A program made the translations under genes and the position numbers. Under the pieces are notes generated by a model, which worked only from the letters and a program-made list of their open reading frames with translations, did no database searches and was not told the origin of the DNA. 64,000 bases of DNA from Macrostomum lignano (Eukaryota), in NCBI GenBank assembly GCA_002269645.1, contig NIVC01000121.1:434001-498000 (forward strand). The letters run 5' to 3'. Shown one piece after another: positions 40,870 through 54,275 of this stretch (its first letter is position 1; the number at the start of each line of letters is the position of its first letter).

Positions 40870-41778
40870 CTGGACAGCGCTATTAACAGCAATCTTGACA
40901 GCGCCATTAACAGCAATCTTGACAGCGCCATTAACAGCAATCTTGACAGCGCCATTGACAGCAATCTTGACAGCGCCATTAACAGCAATCTTGATAGCGC
41001 CATTAACAGCAATCTTGACAGCGCCATTAACAGCAATCTTGACAGCGCGCTATTAACAGCAATCTTGACAGCGCCATTAACAGCAATCTTGACAGCGCCA
41101 TTAACAGCAATCTTGACAGCGCCATTAACAGCAATCTTGACAGCGCCATTAACAGCAGTTTTGACAGCGCCATTAACAGCAATCTTGACAGCGCTATTAA
41201 CAGCAATCTTGACAGCGCCATTAACAGCAATTTTGACAGCGCCATTAACAGCAATCTTGACAGCGCCATTAACAGCAATCTTGACAGCGCCATTAACAGC
41301 AATCTTGACAGCGCCATTGACAGCAATCTTGACGCGCCATTAACAGCAATCTTGACAGCGCCATTGACGGCAATCTTGACAGCGCCATTGACAGCAATCT
41401 TGACAGCGCCATTAACAGCAATCTTGACAGCGCCATTAACAGCAATCTTGACAGCGCCATTGACAGCAATCTTGACGCGCCATTAACAGCAATCTTGACA
41501 GCGCCATTAACAGCAATCTTGACAGCGCCATTAACAGCAATCTTGACAGCGCCATTAACAGCAATCTTGACAGCGCCATTGACAGCAATCTTGACAGCGC
41601 CATTAACAGCAATCTTGACAGCGCCATTAACAGCAATCTTGACAGCGCCATTAACAGCAATCTTGACAGCGCCATTGACGGCAATCTTGACAGCGCCATT
41701 GACAGCAATCTTGACAGCGCCATTAACAGCAATCTTGACAGCGCCATTAACAGCAATCTTGACAGCGCCATTAACAGC
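40870..41778. repeat. 24-bp minisatellite (GACAGCGCCATTAACAGCAATCTT)
   Basis: About 37 units. Confidence 0.95.
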
Positions 41779-42785
41779 TTTCTAACTGTACTGGAGAAAA
41801 ATAACAACTACCAAAAATGCCAGTTAAAAATTAGAAAAAAAACAAGATACCACTACAACGCATTAAGCGTCGCTAGCGAAAAAAGTGAGCCCGAATCCAG
41901 GGCCCCCAAAAACTCTAGCAGCAGGATGCCAGAAAGTTACTACAAGAAGATCCAGCAGCAAGCAAGCAAGGTGTTAGTTTTCTTTAATACACAAACCAGA
42001 CCCCAAGCAGAGCCCAGAACCCTAACTTAGCGTGGGAAAGTGGCTAAAGAAGAAACGTTATTTCATCCATGGATTACTAAGAACAATGCTAACATCTGGA
42101 TTGCAAAATTAAAATGTGCTTTGAATTTCATTTTTAGTCTAATTTAATCAAGGAAAATACCAACGAGGTTCAATATTATACTCTTTCGGATTTTTCTAAC
42201 AACTAATAAGCTAAAGAACTTAATTAAAGTTTCAAAGAATCCTTTTAGATTAACAAATTTTATACGCTTAGAACGCCTTGTGATTGAATATAAGCTGTGA
42301 AACATGTTCCCACACGCCACCAGATCCTCTCAAGCCAGCATGTACACACGCAGACACCACTCCGTCATTGGAGGCTAAGTAAACAACAAAAAACTTGCTG
42401 TAAAACACTATCACACACACTATACGGTAGATCATGCATATAGAAGTCCTATGAGGGCTCTCTGAAAAAGTTCTATATATCAGATACATGTATGCTAGCA
42501 TAGGCAAAGTAAACAATTACGAAAAACTGAAAGAAAATCGAGGTCAATCATACTCGAGGTCAAAGTTATAAAGTAACTGCTCATACTGGGACAAAGTTCA
42601 AGAGAGATTTCCAACCCGATCCTAGATTAATATCTGATATCTGATTGGTCAAAACTAATTAGGCGAATAACTTAAACAATAAAAGGTTTTTACGTAGCTA
42701 ATAGAGCTTATGAACCTACTAACTAGTTAATAAACGATGCACCAATTTAATGAAATGTTATGAAAAAGTTCCCTACTTTTCACAC

Positions 42786-42805
42786 AGGCAGCCAGACAGA
42801 CAGAA

Positions 42806-42838
<33 letters not shown>

Positions 42839-42883
42839 CACACACAGACAGACAGACGGACACACAGACAGACAGACACACAC

Positions 42884-42930
<47 letters not shown>

Positions 42931-43125
42931 GGCAGGCAGGCAGACAGGCAGGCAGACAGGCAGGAAGACAGGCAGGCAGACAGACAGGCAGACAGGCAGG
43001 CAGACAGGCAGGCAGGCAGACAGGCAGACAGGCAGGCAGGCAGACAGACAGACAGACAGACAGGCAGACAGGCAGGCAGACAGGCAGGCAGACAGACAGA
43101 CAGACAGACAGGCAGACAGATACTA

Positions 43126-43182
<57 letters not shown>

Positions 43183-43249
43183 GGCAGGCAGACAGGCAGG
43201 CAGACAGACACACACACAGACAGACAGACACACAGACAGACAGACACAC

Positions 43250-43284
<35 letters not shown>

Positions 43285-43663
43285 GGCAGGCAGACAGGCA
43301 GGCAGACAGGCAGGAAGACAGGCAGGCAGACAGACAGGCAGACAGACAGGCAGACAGGCAGGCAGACAGGCAGGCAGACAGGCAGACAGGCAGGCAGACA
43401 GACAGGCAGACAGGCAGGCAGACAGGCAGGCAGACAGGCAGACAGGCAGGCAGACAGACAGACAGACAGACAGGCAGACAGGCAGACAGACAGACAGACA
43501 GACAGACGGACACACAGACAGACAGACACACACACAGACAGACAGACAGACAGACAGACAGGCAGACAGGCAGGCAGGCAGACAGACAGACAGACAGACA
43601 GACAGACAGGCAGGCAGACAGGCAGGCAGACAGACAGACAGACAGACAGGCAGACAGATACTA

Positions 43664-43720
<57 letters not shown>

Positions 43721-43787
43721 GGCAGGCAGACAGGCAGGCAGACAGACACACACACAGACAGACAGACACACAGACAGACAGACACAC

Positions 43788-43822
<35 letters not shown>

Positions 43823-44063
43823 GGCAGGCAGACAGGCAGGCAGACAGGCAGGAAGACAGGCAGGCAGACAGACAGGCAGACAGACAGGCAGACAGGCAGG
43901 CAGACAGGCAGGCAGACAGGCAGACAGGCAGGCAGACAGACAGGCAGACAGGCAGGCAGACAGGCAGGCAGACAGGCAGACAGGCAGGCAGACAGACAGA
44001 CAGACAGACAGGCAGACAGGCAGACAGACAGACAGGCAGACAGACAGACAGACAGACAGACAG
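42786..44063. repeat. (GACA/GGCA)n compound microsatellite
   Basis: Direct inspection; abuts the sdk exon 3 donor. Confidence 0.95.
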
Positions 44064-44071
44064 GCCCTCAC

Positions 44072-44302
44072 CGGCTGGAGTTGCTGAGCAGCACGGAGTT
44101 GCGGTACCACAGAATGGCTGGCTGAGGCTCGCCGCTAGCCGAGCACTGCAGCTGCCTGTCGGAGCCGTGCGACACGACCACGTCGGAGGCCACGGAGCCG
44201 GGCACCAGGGTGGGCGCCTGCTGCATGATGAGGTAGGCGGAGCCCGAGGCGACTGGCGAAGAGGCGGCGCCGCCGCCAACCAACTGACCTTCGCAGACGT
44301 AT
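44072..44302 (-). CDS. sdk: Sidekick-like exon 3 (end of Ig3, start of Ig4)
   Basis: Acceptor ttcag|A completes AGA (RYVCEG); LQCSASGEPQPAILWYRN; donor CG|GTGAGG, phase 2. Confidence 0.9.
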
Positions 44303-44504
44303 CTGAATTGTGTAAAAAGTAAAAAATTGAAATCTTGCATCCGTATTAGAGCGGCCTCAGGTGCGTCAACTTGTTTCAATATCCGTTCATTTTTCTTAAT
44401 AACCTAATTTAACGAGATGCCTCTGTCCTATCACATGTAAACTGCATCGTCATCGTAGAGAAATTAGATAGTAGAAATGAGATGGGGAAGTATGCCGAGG
44501 CTGG

Positions 44505-45045
44505 AGAGGGGCAGGAGAGAGGAGAGAAAGAAAAGTGGAGAGGATCATTGCTCAATTAGTTTTAATGGCAAATGAGGCAGAGAGAAGGGGATTCAGAGAG
44601 TGGGGAGGGGGAGAAGGGAAGAGAGAGCGGGAGAGGGAGAGGAGAGGGAGAGGTAGAGGGAAAGGGAGGGAGAGGTAGAGGGAAAGGGAGGGAGAGGTAG
44701 AGGGAAAGGGAGGGAGAGGTAGAGGGAAAGGGAGGGAGAGGTAGAGGGAAAGGGAGGGAGAGGTAGAGGGAAAGGGAGGGAGAGGTAGAGGGAAAGGGAG
44801 GGAGAGATAGAGGGAAAGGGAGGGAGAGGTAGATGGAAAGGGAGGGAGAGGTAGAGGGAAAGAGAGGGAGAGGTAGAGGGAGAGGAGATGGAAAGGAGGA
44901 GAAGTAGAGTGAGAGACGGAGAGGTAGAAGAAAAGGGAGCTAGAGGGAGAGGAGAGGGAAAGGGGAGGGAGAGAGGAAAGGTAGAGGGAAAGAGAGGGAG
45001 AGGGAGAGGAGAGAGAGGAAGAGATAAGAGGTGAGGGAGGGAGAG
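44505..45045. repeat. GA-rich repeat
   Basis: Direct inspection; sdk intron 2. Confidence 0.88.
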
Positions 45046-45082
45046 CACTACAGGTGTGAAACACGGCAGGTTGTCAGCTCAC

Positions 45083-45423
45083 CTGGCCTGATCTCTCTGC
45101 CCCAGATTGCTGATGGTCAGTCGCCGGGCATAACTGGGCTCCAGCATGTACTTCACGCCGTCGTGAATAATTTCGCTCTTCACCGGGGACTCCAGGTCTG
45201 CTTTGTACCAGCGAATCCGCAGGTACTCCAGCGGCCGGGCATTGAAGACGCACTCAAATATCGCCCTGCTGGTGATCGGGCTGCCCAGTTGGAAAGTGAA
45301 ATTGCCCGACTGCCACAGCAGTTGGGGATCGGATCTAGCCGGGGGAGTCGAACCCGTGACCACCAGGGTGTAAGTTGGACTGTTGATGTAAGTCGTGTCG
45401 TGATAGTTGTTAGTCATTTGAGC
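45083..45423 (-). CDS. sdk: Sidekick-like exon 2 (end of Ig2, Ig3)
   Basis: Acceptor ttgcag|GCT, phase 0; AIFECVFNARP..IRWYK; donor AG|GTGAGC, phase 2. Confidence 0.9.
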
Positions 45424-45476
45424 CTGCAATTCATATATAAAAGGACTGAATTTAGCATTGCATAAATTAACAAGAA

Positions 45477-46050
45477 ATGACAGGGGTGCTAACAGGGATA
45501 ACAGGGGTGTTAACAGGGATGATAGGGGTGCTAGCAGGGATGACAGGGGTGCTAGCAGGGATGACAGGGGTGCTAGCAGGGATGACAGGGGTGCTAGCAG
45601 GGATGGCAGGGGTGCTAGCAGGGATTACAGGGGTGCTAGCAGGGATGACAGGGGTGCTAGCAGGGATGACAGGGGTGCTAGCAGGGATGACAGGGGTGCT
45701 AGCAGGGATGACAGGGGTGCTAGCAGGGATTACAGTGGTGCTATTAGAGATAACAGGGGTGCTAGCAGGGATGACAGGGGTGCTATTAGAGATAACAGGG
45801 GTGCTAACAGGGATGACAGGGGTGCTAGCAGGGATGACAGGGGTGCTAGCAGGGATTACAGTGGTGCTATTGGAGATAACAGGGGTGCTAGCAGGGATGA
45901 CAGGGGTGCTATTAGAGATAACAGGGGTGCTAACAGGGATGACAGGGGTGCTAGCAGGGATGACAGGGGTGCTAGCAGGGATGACAGGGGTGCTAGCAGG
46001 GATGACAAGGATGCTAACAGGAGTGACAGGGGTGACAGGGGTGCTAGGGT
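45477..46050. repeat. 21-bp minisatellite (GACAGGGGTGCTAGCAGGGAT)
   Basis: About 27 units; sdk intron 1. Confidence 0.93.
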
Positions 46051-46083
46051 AGCAGGGAATTACAAGACAAACGAGAGTCACAC

Positions 46084-46659
46084 CTGATAGACGAAGCCAT
46101 TCTCAGCGGTGCTAACATTCAGCACAAACAATCGACTCGAAGACATTGAAACGAAATGCCTGGCATCTTCGTCAACTCTGAATCCATTTCTAAGCCAGCT
46201 GGCACTGGGAGGCGGGTAGGCGCTGACAGGCGGCAAGGCCAGTTGCAAAGCTCCGCCCAGACTCGCACCGACATTCCTACTCGACTCAGTTGGCGGATCG
46301 AAATAGCCGACACGAAAATCGATGCCCAGATCTCTGAGGCCGCCGTATTCGTTGAAGGCGAAGCATCGGTACAGACCGGCGTCGCTCCGATTCACACTGG
46401 TGATCCTGTAGGTGAAGGTGTCATTTAACCGAATCCAACGATCTAATTCGCCTTTGCGCCAGGCGTACACTGCACTCGGTCGGGCATTCGCTTCGCAATT
46501 GAACACGTGCCGGTTGCCTTCCATCTGGGTGACTGGCGTCCCGGGGCCAGCATTGTAGTGAGTGAAGGATCTGGGCGGGTAGAAATCCTGAGCGCTAGCT
46601 AATAACAGGGCTAGTGTTAGTAGCAGAGACAGAGCTAGGTTGAGCTGTCGGTTGAGCAT
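46084..46659 (-). CDS. sdk: Sidekick-like Ig/FN3 adhesion protein, coding exon 1 (signal peptide, Ig1, most of Ig2)
   Basis: ATG at 46659; hydrophobic signal MLNRQLNLALSLLLTLALLLASA; Ig1 FNCEANARP..AW..DAGLYRCFAFN; Ig2 lacks both canonical Cys (LALPPVSAYPPPSASW), as I recall for Sidekick Ig2; donor CAG|GTGTGA, phase 0. Overall 6 Ig + >=12 FN3 architecture is diagnostic of Sidekick. Confidence 0.9.
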
Positions 46660-46998
46660 TGTTGCTCTACGACTGCAGAGGACTGACCCAGTCTACTGCA
46701 ACTCGGTAGTTCGCTTCAATTTGGGTTTTTTCAATCGTTCTGCAGAACCAGCGGCATGCAAAAAAGATTGGAATTTATGGCCGATTTTTTATACTTTGAA
46801 AGCATTGGCAGTTTCGCTTAGCCAACAGAATTAGCAGAGATTTTTCAGCCAATAGGAAACCAATTGCTAGATATTTAAATAACTGGAGTCTGGATGAAAG
46901 CATCTCACAGGCGAACTACACTACTGATAAGTAGGATAAATAGTGCATATTTGGACTATTAATTCTAGAGCAATCAGTTTCTGTCGAACTGTCTATTG

Positions 46999-47190
46999 CA
47001 GGGGTCGGCAAACTCCAGCCCACGGACCTCTCCTCTCCCTTCATCAATTTTATCTTTTTTCTCCTTTATTCCCTCACTTTATCTCTCCTATTTTCTTCCC
47101 TTTTCTCTTCTCTTCTCCCCCATCATCTGGCCTATAGTCTTCGCTAGCTTCTCTATTTGTCCATTGTGTTAAAAAGTTTGCAAATCCCTG
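46999..47190. mobile_element. hAT (Charlie/MER58-type) MITE
   Basis: TIRs CAGGGGTCGGCAAACT / AGTTTGCAAATCCCTG (13/16 match); 8-bp flanks gtctattg / gtctatct (6/8), consistent with a decayed hAT TSD. Confidence 0.65.
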
Positions 47191-48256
47191 GTCTATCTAG
47201 TGCGATTTGACCCTTAACCTTCAGCTATGGCTAAGTTCAAATCTCGGCTACAAAAGGGATTTTATAGCCTATTTGTCATTTCAACAATGTTAGTCATTGT
47301 AGCATTTCTATTAAAGGACTCTCTAGTAGGCCTAAAGAAAGTCATCTAAGGTAAAGTAGCTTGCTAACAATGAAAAATATATAAGCAAAAAAATAAACAT
47401 ACCAACTATTCTATTAATCAATATGCTATCATTATGTTGCCAATGTATTTTGTCCATTGTGCCTACGGACATCATTAAGGCTAATTAAATTAATTATATA
47501 CTACATAATCCAAATTGTCTAATTGTCTAATTCTTTGTGGGTTAAAATGCAAAGTTGGTGATTATGACCTGTCACCTAACATGGCAAGCTAGTTTTTAGC
47601 CTTCTAATAAGCTACCTTTGATCTTATTATATTATAATATAGCCTTGATCATTTTATACACTTTGTCTTTAGTTTAGCATTACAGCAGTTATTGCAAGTA
47701 AGCAAATGTTTATTGATAGCAGAGTTTTTCAACTTTTGTGTATAGGTATATTATTAGGTTTTTCATATGTAATGTAGGAAACACTCTAGTCACTAGAAAA
47801 AAGAGCAAATAAGCATTTTTTAAATAAGGCCCAGCTATAACTATATCTATACTGATTCAAATGCATTGGCAATAGAATATAGTATATTATTAGAATGGAA
47901 ACTGGAAAATGAATTCCATCTATTGTAGTATTGTATTTGTTTTAACATAAATAATAAATTATTAGAAGCATTACCTGTTCAAACAGTTCAAGTACTATAC
48001 ATATTAGGCTTAATATTAATACTAAGTCCAAGTGTGAAAACGCTTTAAAACTGTAATTCAAAAAAGAGAATATAAAATTTGAAAGAGCCTTCACATCTCA
48101 GTCTCTAAATCTGTTGCCCCGATTGCCGATTGGTAGATGGGGAGATGTCTGTCAAACTTCAGTTAAATATTTGATGAATTTTCATCCTCTATATTAAAAA
48201 CAAAATCGACCAATACGTTTATTATAGGATCTAGCTAGGTATGTGATTGATGCGGT

Positions 48257-48365
48257 AGTGGCGGATCCATGGGAGGCAGGGTGGCTGCCCCCTAATTTGC
48301 TGTCGCCAATCTGCCACCCGCCCCCCTTCCCTAATTAAAAAATCCTGATTGCTGATTCCACCGCT
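48257..48365. mobile_element. Small decayed MITE candidate
   Basis: AGTGGCGGATCC ... GATTCCACCGCT imperfect inverted termini around a GC-rich core in AT-rich DNA. Confidence 0.35.
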
Positions 48366-50417
48366 GAAATGCAGTTAAAGAATACCCTGGATTATAGAAT
48401 TTAGTTTCAAACTCATTTTCTTAAAGAGCTAAACTTGCGTACCAGATTTTTAGCTGTAAACCAAATATAATACTGCTATAAGTCAATTTTATATCGGAGA
48501 AACACCCTGACCTGTAGACCCAAAAACCGACATAGGCTGACTAGTTGAAAAATTTGAAATAAGGAAGTGAAGCAAGTTTTGCTGATCCACTAAAGTTTTG
48601 ACTAATACAATAAAATACAGTTAACTGCAGAAAAATTCCTAAACAGTGTTTTTAAAAGTATTCTGACTGCTATTATTTGTTGAGAAACATGAAAATTTGT
48701 TTGAAGTAGCTTATAATTCAAACCTTTGATAAAACGAATTAATACATGTACTAAAATTTAAATGATATGTCTATTCTCCCGTCCGTTTATTCAACTCTTT
48801 AATTATCTATGAAATTGGTTCCAGTAATAAAGAGAGCCATAGACGTATCTTATAGTCACAGCAATTGTCTTACCCACTAATGTAACAAGCTCTGTACATT
48901 ACTAGCACATGTGCTTTTTATTACTTGCATTACATTTAATTAAATTTACTGATTATTACAGGTCAATTTACATGTAGAAAACAAAAATTTGGAAAATTTT
49001 CCATGCATGTATTTTCCCGTCCTTTTACTTGTGTAGTCGACCTTGTATTTACTCTGTAGAAACTGCATGTGGTGCACTTTAAATTATCTATACCTTTGCG
49101 AAACAAAATACTCGACCGTAGCGATATTCATTACTGTGGCCGGGGCAAAATTTTTTAGAGTCCTACCTACTGATCTACACTCATCATTTATTACTTGTTT
49201 TGAGGCCCTTTTTGGCGTCAGAAGCGGTAGTCACGTACGGGTAGTATCGGTGCTTTCGACATTTTTTTCTCAACTTTTGATATGCAAAAAATGCTTGCAG
49301 TTTAATTTTTGTTCTGGTCCTACAGGTGTCTGGCAGCTCTAAAACAGATCTGCTGTCCTATCGTTTACCCCCCCCCAAAGTGCCCTAAAACTTAGCCCAA
49401 AACTTTTTTATTCTTTCCCTGTGGAATCTCATATACATGTACAGTACGTGTACATGTACCGATCTGGATTGCAGCCAATTCGCGTTGGACGTAGTACAAA
49501 AGAATATATCTTATTCTAATTCCAAATCAACGAATTTGGATACGAGAAAATTAACCCAGAGCAGGGTTATATAACTCCAGGACTCGACCTACACATATAC
49601 CCAGCTAGCTACTATATAACTAAAAGTTCAAATTTGCATACTGCAAGTAGCTCGTATGTGTGTACACTGCAAAGTCTGCATTTTTATTGGGTCTTCATGC
49701 AGCTACTGAAAAGTAGAAACTATCGACTGTAGGGCCAGGCCAACTGCAGGACATAACCAAGCTGGAAACTGTATGCAATATGAGCATTGTAAAATTGTCT
49801 CAGCCTGTATACATGTACACGGATGGACATGTCGAAATAACAACGTTTCTTGATGAAATAATATCTTTGCCGCGCAGTCGAGCACACTTGAGCTAGTCAG
49901 TAACTCTTTGCTTTATTAATATACTTATGTAAATCTTTTTATGTGCACCTATCAAGCTCAAATCATTTTTGTCTTTTATTCGTCACCTTCTAAAAGTATA
50001 TATCTCACGCTGCCACGCAAAAACTGGGGAAAATGCTAACACACATTCCGTGGGCGTAAAAGCTTTCAATTCAAGGTAAATAGCAATAACTACATTTACC
50101 TGCTGACTAAGAGTGTCAAAAACATTTACTTATTGTCATTAACAAAAAATCGCAAATAAAATCTGTGCAAATTTGTTCACGCAGGGTTAAACTGGGTAAT
50201 TTAGAACATTTTTTGTCGCTGAAAGCTAAAAGCTTGGTAAACAAATACCCAAACTGTATTATTGGTGCCTTTAGAAGCAAGAACGAAAGACGTGCTGAAA
50301 GCAACGTTGCTATGGTAGATAATGGGACTAAACAATGCATATAATAAATGCATTGATCAGCTGCATCTAGCTAGAAGCAATTTTATTACTAAAAAGTTCC
50401 ATCAACACAAATCAAGG

Positions 50418-50739
50418 ATGCCAATCTCCAAAAGAATCGGTTCTCAGCTTCTGGGCTTCATCACAGCTATCGTTTCTTCTGCTCTGGTGAGCAGCGCGGC
50501 CAGATTCGAGCTGCAGCTCGGTGCCGCAGTCAACCGAACTCTCCCAGTCGCGTTTGAAGTCGCGCACAGCTTCAACCAGCGTCACTGCTCTCAGCTGTGC
50601 TCACAAATAGCCGAGTGCTTCGGATTCTACCAGATGAAAAAAGGAAAATTGTGCGGCCTGTTTAACGCTTCTCAATTCTACCGGAAGAACTTGTGGACAA
50701 GTTCGGAGACACCGCTTGACATATTTGTGATTGACGCTT
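50418..50739 (+). CDS. Secreted PAN/apple + F-type lectin protein, exon 1 (signal peptide, PAN domain)
   Basis: ATG 50418; signal ..LLGFITAIVSSALVSSA; PAN Cys pattern HCSQLCSQIAECFGF..KLCGL; donor T|GTAAGT, phase 1. Confidence 0.8.
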
Positions 50740-50807
50740 GTAAGTCCTTGTTATTCAACTCTATTGAACTTTTATAATCTTAAAAACACGCACTTTGTCT
50801 TTAAGCG

Positions 50808-51140
50808 CGATTCTCCGACCGAGATTCTCCCACCGAAATTCTCCTGCCGAGATTCTCCCATCGAAATTCTCCCATCGAGATTCTCCCATCGAGATTCTCT
50901 CACAACGATTATCCCCTCGAAATTCATCCATTGAGATTCTCCCACAAAGATTATCCCATCGTGATTCTTCCACCGAGATTCTCCCATCGAGATTCTCCCA
51001 AAAAGATTATCCCCTTGAGATTCTCCCAAAAAGATTATCCCATCGAGATTCTCCCAAAAAGACAATCCCACCGAGATTCTCCCACCGATATTCTCCCACC
51101 GAGATTCTCCCACCGAAAATCTCCCATTAAGATTCTCTCA
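50808..51140. repeat. 14-bp degenerate minisatellite (CGAGATTCTCCCAT)
   Basis: Intron of the PAN-lectin gene. Confidence 0.85.
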
Positions 51141-51451
51141 CCAAGAACAACCCTCCTGCAGGAAACCCTCCTGTGGGAAACTCTGGTTCTCCCGAATCAG
51201 TGTTTGGAGTAACATCCTTAGCTCATTAGAGTACAATCAATACTTACTTTAGCATGTGTTTGATTCAAAAGCTATTAGAATACCAGATAGGAAAGTAAAC
51301 GAATATTCTCGCCGGTGAGGGGGGGTCTGTAGCTTGAGCAGCAGTGTATCTGACAAAACGCTCGTAAAAGTTTATTAGTTTTATGAAGTTTTATAATTAA
51401 ATGATTTTGCCCACTTTAAACGCAAGATGCTGCTGTATTCTACATTTGCAG

Positions 51452-51864
51452 ACAGCAGCTCGAAGACACAGAAGCTGAGCATATCAGGCTGCTCTCAGAG
51501 TTCAGTCGGTAGCGAGGGCGTCTGCACCAGAGCCATCGACGGCAACAAGAACCCAATGTTTCACGATGGTTCATGCAGTCATACTGACACAATCCCGAAC
51601 CAGTGGTGGGAAGCCCAGCTTTTCCGACAGTCCATTGTTTCCCACGTAGTCATCTACAACAGACAGGATTGCTGCTCAGAGCGGTTGAACAACTTTGAGC
51701 TGCTTGTGGACGGCGTTCAGTGCCGCAGCGTCAGCGTGTCGGTGCCGTTCTCTGTTGGCAACTTCACCTGCCAGATGGCCGGATCCAGGATTCGAGTCCA
51801 GAGTCGCCGTAGCAATGTTGTCACGCTGTGCGAGTTCGAGGCATACGGGATTTACTTCCCTTGA
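51452..51864 (+). CDS. PAN + F-type lectin protein, exon 2 (fucolectin/FTP domain)
   Basis: Acceptor tttgcag|AC, phase 1; QSS..AIDGN..CSHT..WW..IYNRQDCCSERL..TLCEFEAYG; exact H-X26-R-X-D-X4-R fucose-binding motif; TGA 51862-51864. Confidence 0.88.
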
Positions 51865-52754
51865 CTGGTTGAGTGATTCGGTGAGTGTGTTCAGTGGTGA
51901 CGTCCTGTTTAATAGATAAAATTGAATTGTTGCATTAAAAAAGCAAAAAATTGCAAGAATTTAAAATAAAACGGATAATACATGAGTATAATTTTAGCGA
52001 TTGACTGTACGTACAGAGGCAACATTATGTACATCAGATCTCCAAGGACTACTCAAGTAACATAGGACGCAACACTTGAAATCTATGGTAAATGTTTTGA
52101 AGGCAACTTTTCGCGAAAAATTACACTACAGAGATAGAAGGTTTTAATTTTTTTCAGCACAAAAATTGTTATTTCTTTTGATAGGAGGCAGATCCAGTGT
52201 TCATCTTTTGATATGTTGTGCCTTTCTTATTGCTCTATCGATATTCATAAAGCTTTTTGTTCAGAAATAGTTTTTAATGCAGGTTTCAACGGGAAAATAC
52301 ACTACGGAGATAGGAAATTTCACGATTTTCAACACTAAAACAGTGATTGGGTCTCTTAACAGTGTCAGAGAAAATTCTAATCACACTTATTTTGTGCCTC
52401 ACATGCTGCTCTAACGATGCATTTAATCGATTTTTCATGTTAAATTGGTCTGTCACTTGAAAAAAACGTTTAAAATAACGACAAGATTCAATATGTTCAA
52501 TATTGACTTCTCTGAGATCAGGACACTTAGAGACACTTAATATCCATAATATTTTATCTAAGTACTTGTACGCTGATACCAATGAAAATAAAATGTGTTT
52601 TCTGAAATCATCAAATATACTCGTATGTTATAGCTTCAAGTTGTCAGTAGTTTAAAGCTTTCACGGGTGTCACTTTTTTATAAGAGACAGGGCCTGTGTG
52701 CACCCTGGCGCACTTTAAGCGACATTGTCACACAACCGGCGAGAGGCATTACTA

Positions 52755-52930
52755 CCCATTCCGGAGACTCCTCTGAGCAGGCACATAAGCGCGCGGATAC
52801 GTAAGCAGTCATACGCACAGGCACACGCTCACACAGGAGAGTACAGCGTCCCTAACTTTATTTATTGTTAGGCATGTACACTTCACTGTGCCTTGGGGGT
52901 TGGCCCTCAAAGCCGTTAATTGCACGAGCA
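52755..52930 (+). repeat. Dispersed repeat copy containing the 57-bp satellite monomer
   Basis: Shares gcacacgctcacacagg with 26050-26067 and ggcatgtacac..tgtgccttgggggt with 59515-59543 and the 27801 array. Confidence 0.65.
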
Positions 52931-53616
52931 GAGCCAAGCCGAGATTCCAATTCAGCCCCAAATTAATGTGACTGCACTTGGAGCTGGCGCACCAGAGCGC
53001 CGCGCGCCAGACAACTGGGCTACGGGCCTCTTTCACGGTGTCACAATTATTGAATATTAGGAATGCAGAGCAAATCTTCACATGCCTACATTATTATTTT
53101 CTTACTATTAACTAATTATTAACTAACTAATAATAATACGACGTAACATTGCAAGTATACTTGAAGTTTAGGGCGAGGCTTCACATCATCTCAAATCCGC
53201 GGTCGCATGTACCCTAATTGACGCACCCTAATACGTCTTTTATCAAAATCAACCAGATGGTAATAACAACAATACGTCATGTCATATTAAAAAAACGAGA
53301 TCAATAAACGAGATTATTTTTAACATTAAGGCTCCAAAGATTTGGAAAAAAAAACTAAACTCAAGAATTCGACGAATATATTGAATTCTTTAAAACTAAA
53401 ATTCGCAAGCAAAGTAATTCTGAGCCCACATCGCGTCCGAAATTCGTGGTTTCTGCAGAAAAAAAGTGATTCTCATCCAGCTGATTAAACAAAAAAATGT
53501 GATCAGATAAAGAGACAAGCGTGGAGTACTGCAACACATTGAGCAATATTTCCAAGTGGAATGTCTGGCGCACCGAATTTTGATACGAGCTATCAAATAT
53601 AGTTCAGCGTTCGAAT

Positions 53617-53816
53617 CTAGAGATGTATAAGAGCCACCTGCTGTACTACCAGTAAAATTAGACTACTGATACCACCTGTGCCACTGGAAACACTTTTGTC
53701 AACAAAGATTTCTTTAAGAATGACGTCTCCACAGCAGGCTTTAATTTTTTTAGAAATGTCTTCTTTTTTACTTTTCAGCGCGGATAATAAAGCGGACTGT
53801 GCAACCTCGGTCGGAT
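53617..53816 (-). CDS. CAP/SCP-EGF protein, terminal exon 7 (GPI-signal-like tail)
   Basis: Acceptor taattttcag|AT, phase 1; ends SVSSGTGG-ISSLILLVVQQVALIHL-TAG; the 7 exons total 1443 nt = 480 aa + stop. Confidence 0.75.
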
Positions 53817-53995
53817 CTGAAAATTAATAAATAAAATCTCGTCAAAAAGTATTTCTGGTGCAGTTGACACAAAATAAATATGTTTTCAACGTACTAGCGT
53901 TAAAGTTGTTACATCTGTAGACCTAGCTTGGTAAGTCACAGCGTTCGCATCAAGCGTCGCTGGATGTTTCTACGTCAAAAACTTCTGCAACTCAC

Positions 53996-54275
53996 CAGTG
54001 CAGGACGATGAGCCACAGGTGCCCGCCTTGCACAAGTCGCTGTTGCTCACAAGCGAGTAAACTAGGAGGCTGAGCGAGTTATCGATACTATTCGCCACAG
54101 TGCTATCGATGAATTTGACGTCTGTCTTTGTCACGTGATTGACTGTAGCCAAAGAACTCGATGGAAAAGTCTTTCCGGGACAGCATGCGGCGTAGTTGGT
54201 GGCGTCCTTCCGGCAGAAGGCGTTGATGGCGACGGCAAACTCGGCTTGCAGCAGAGGCCAGAGCTTAACGTTGAA
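53996..54275 (-). CDS. CAP/SCP-EGF protein, exon 6 (unassigned Cys-containing domain)
   Basis: Acceptor catcctcag|TTC; open frame FNVKLWPLLQAEFAVAINAFC..; donor G|GTGAGT, phase 1. Confidence 0.78.
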
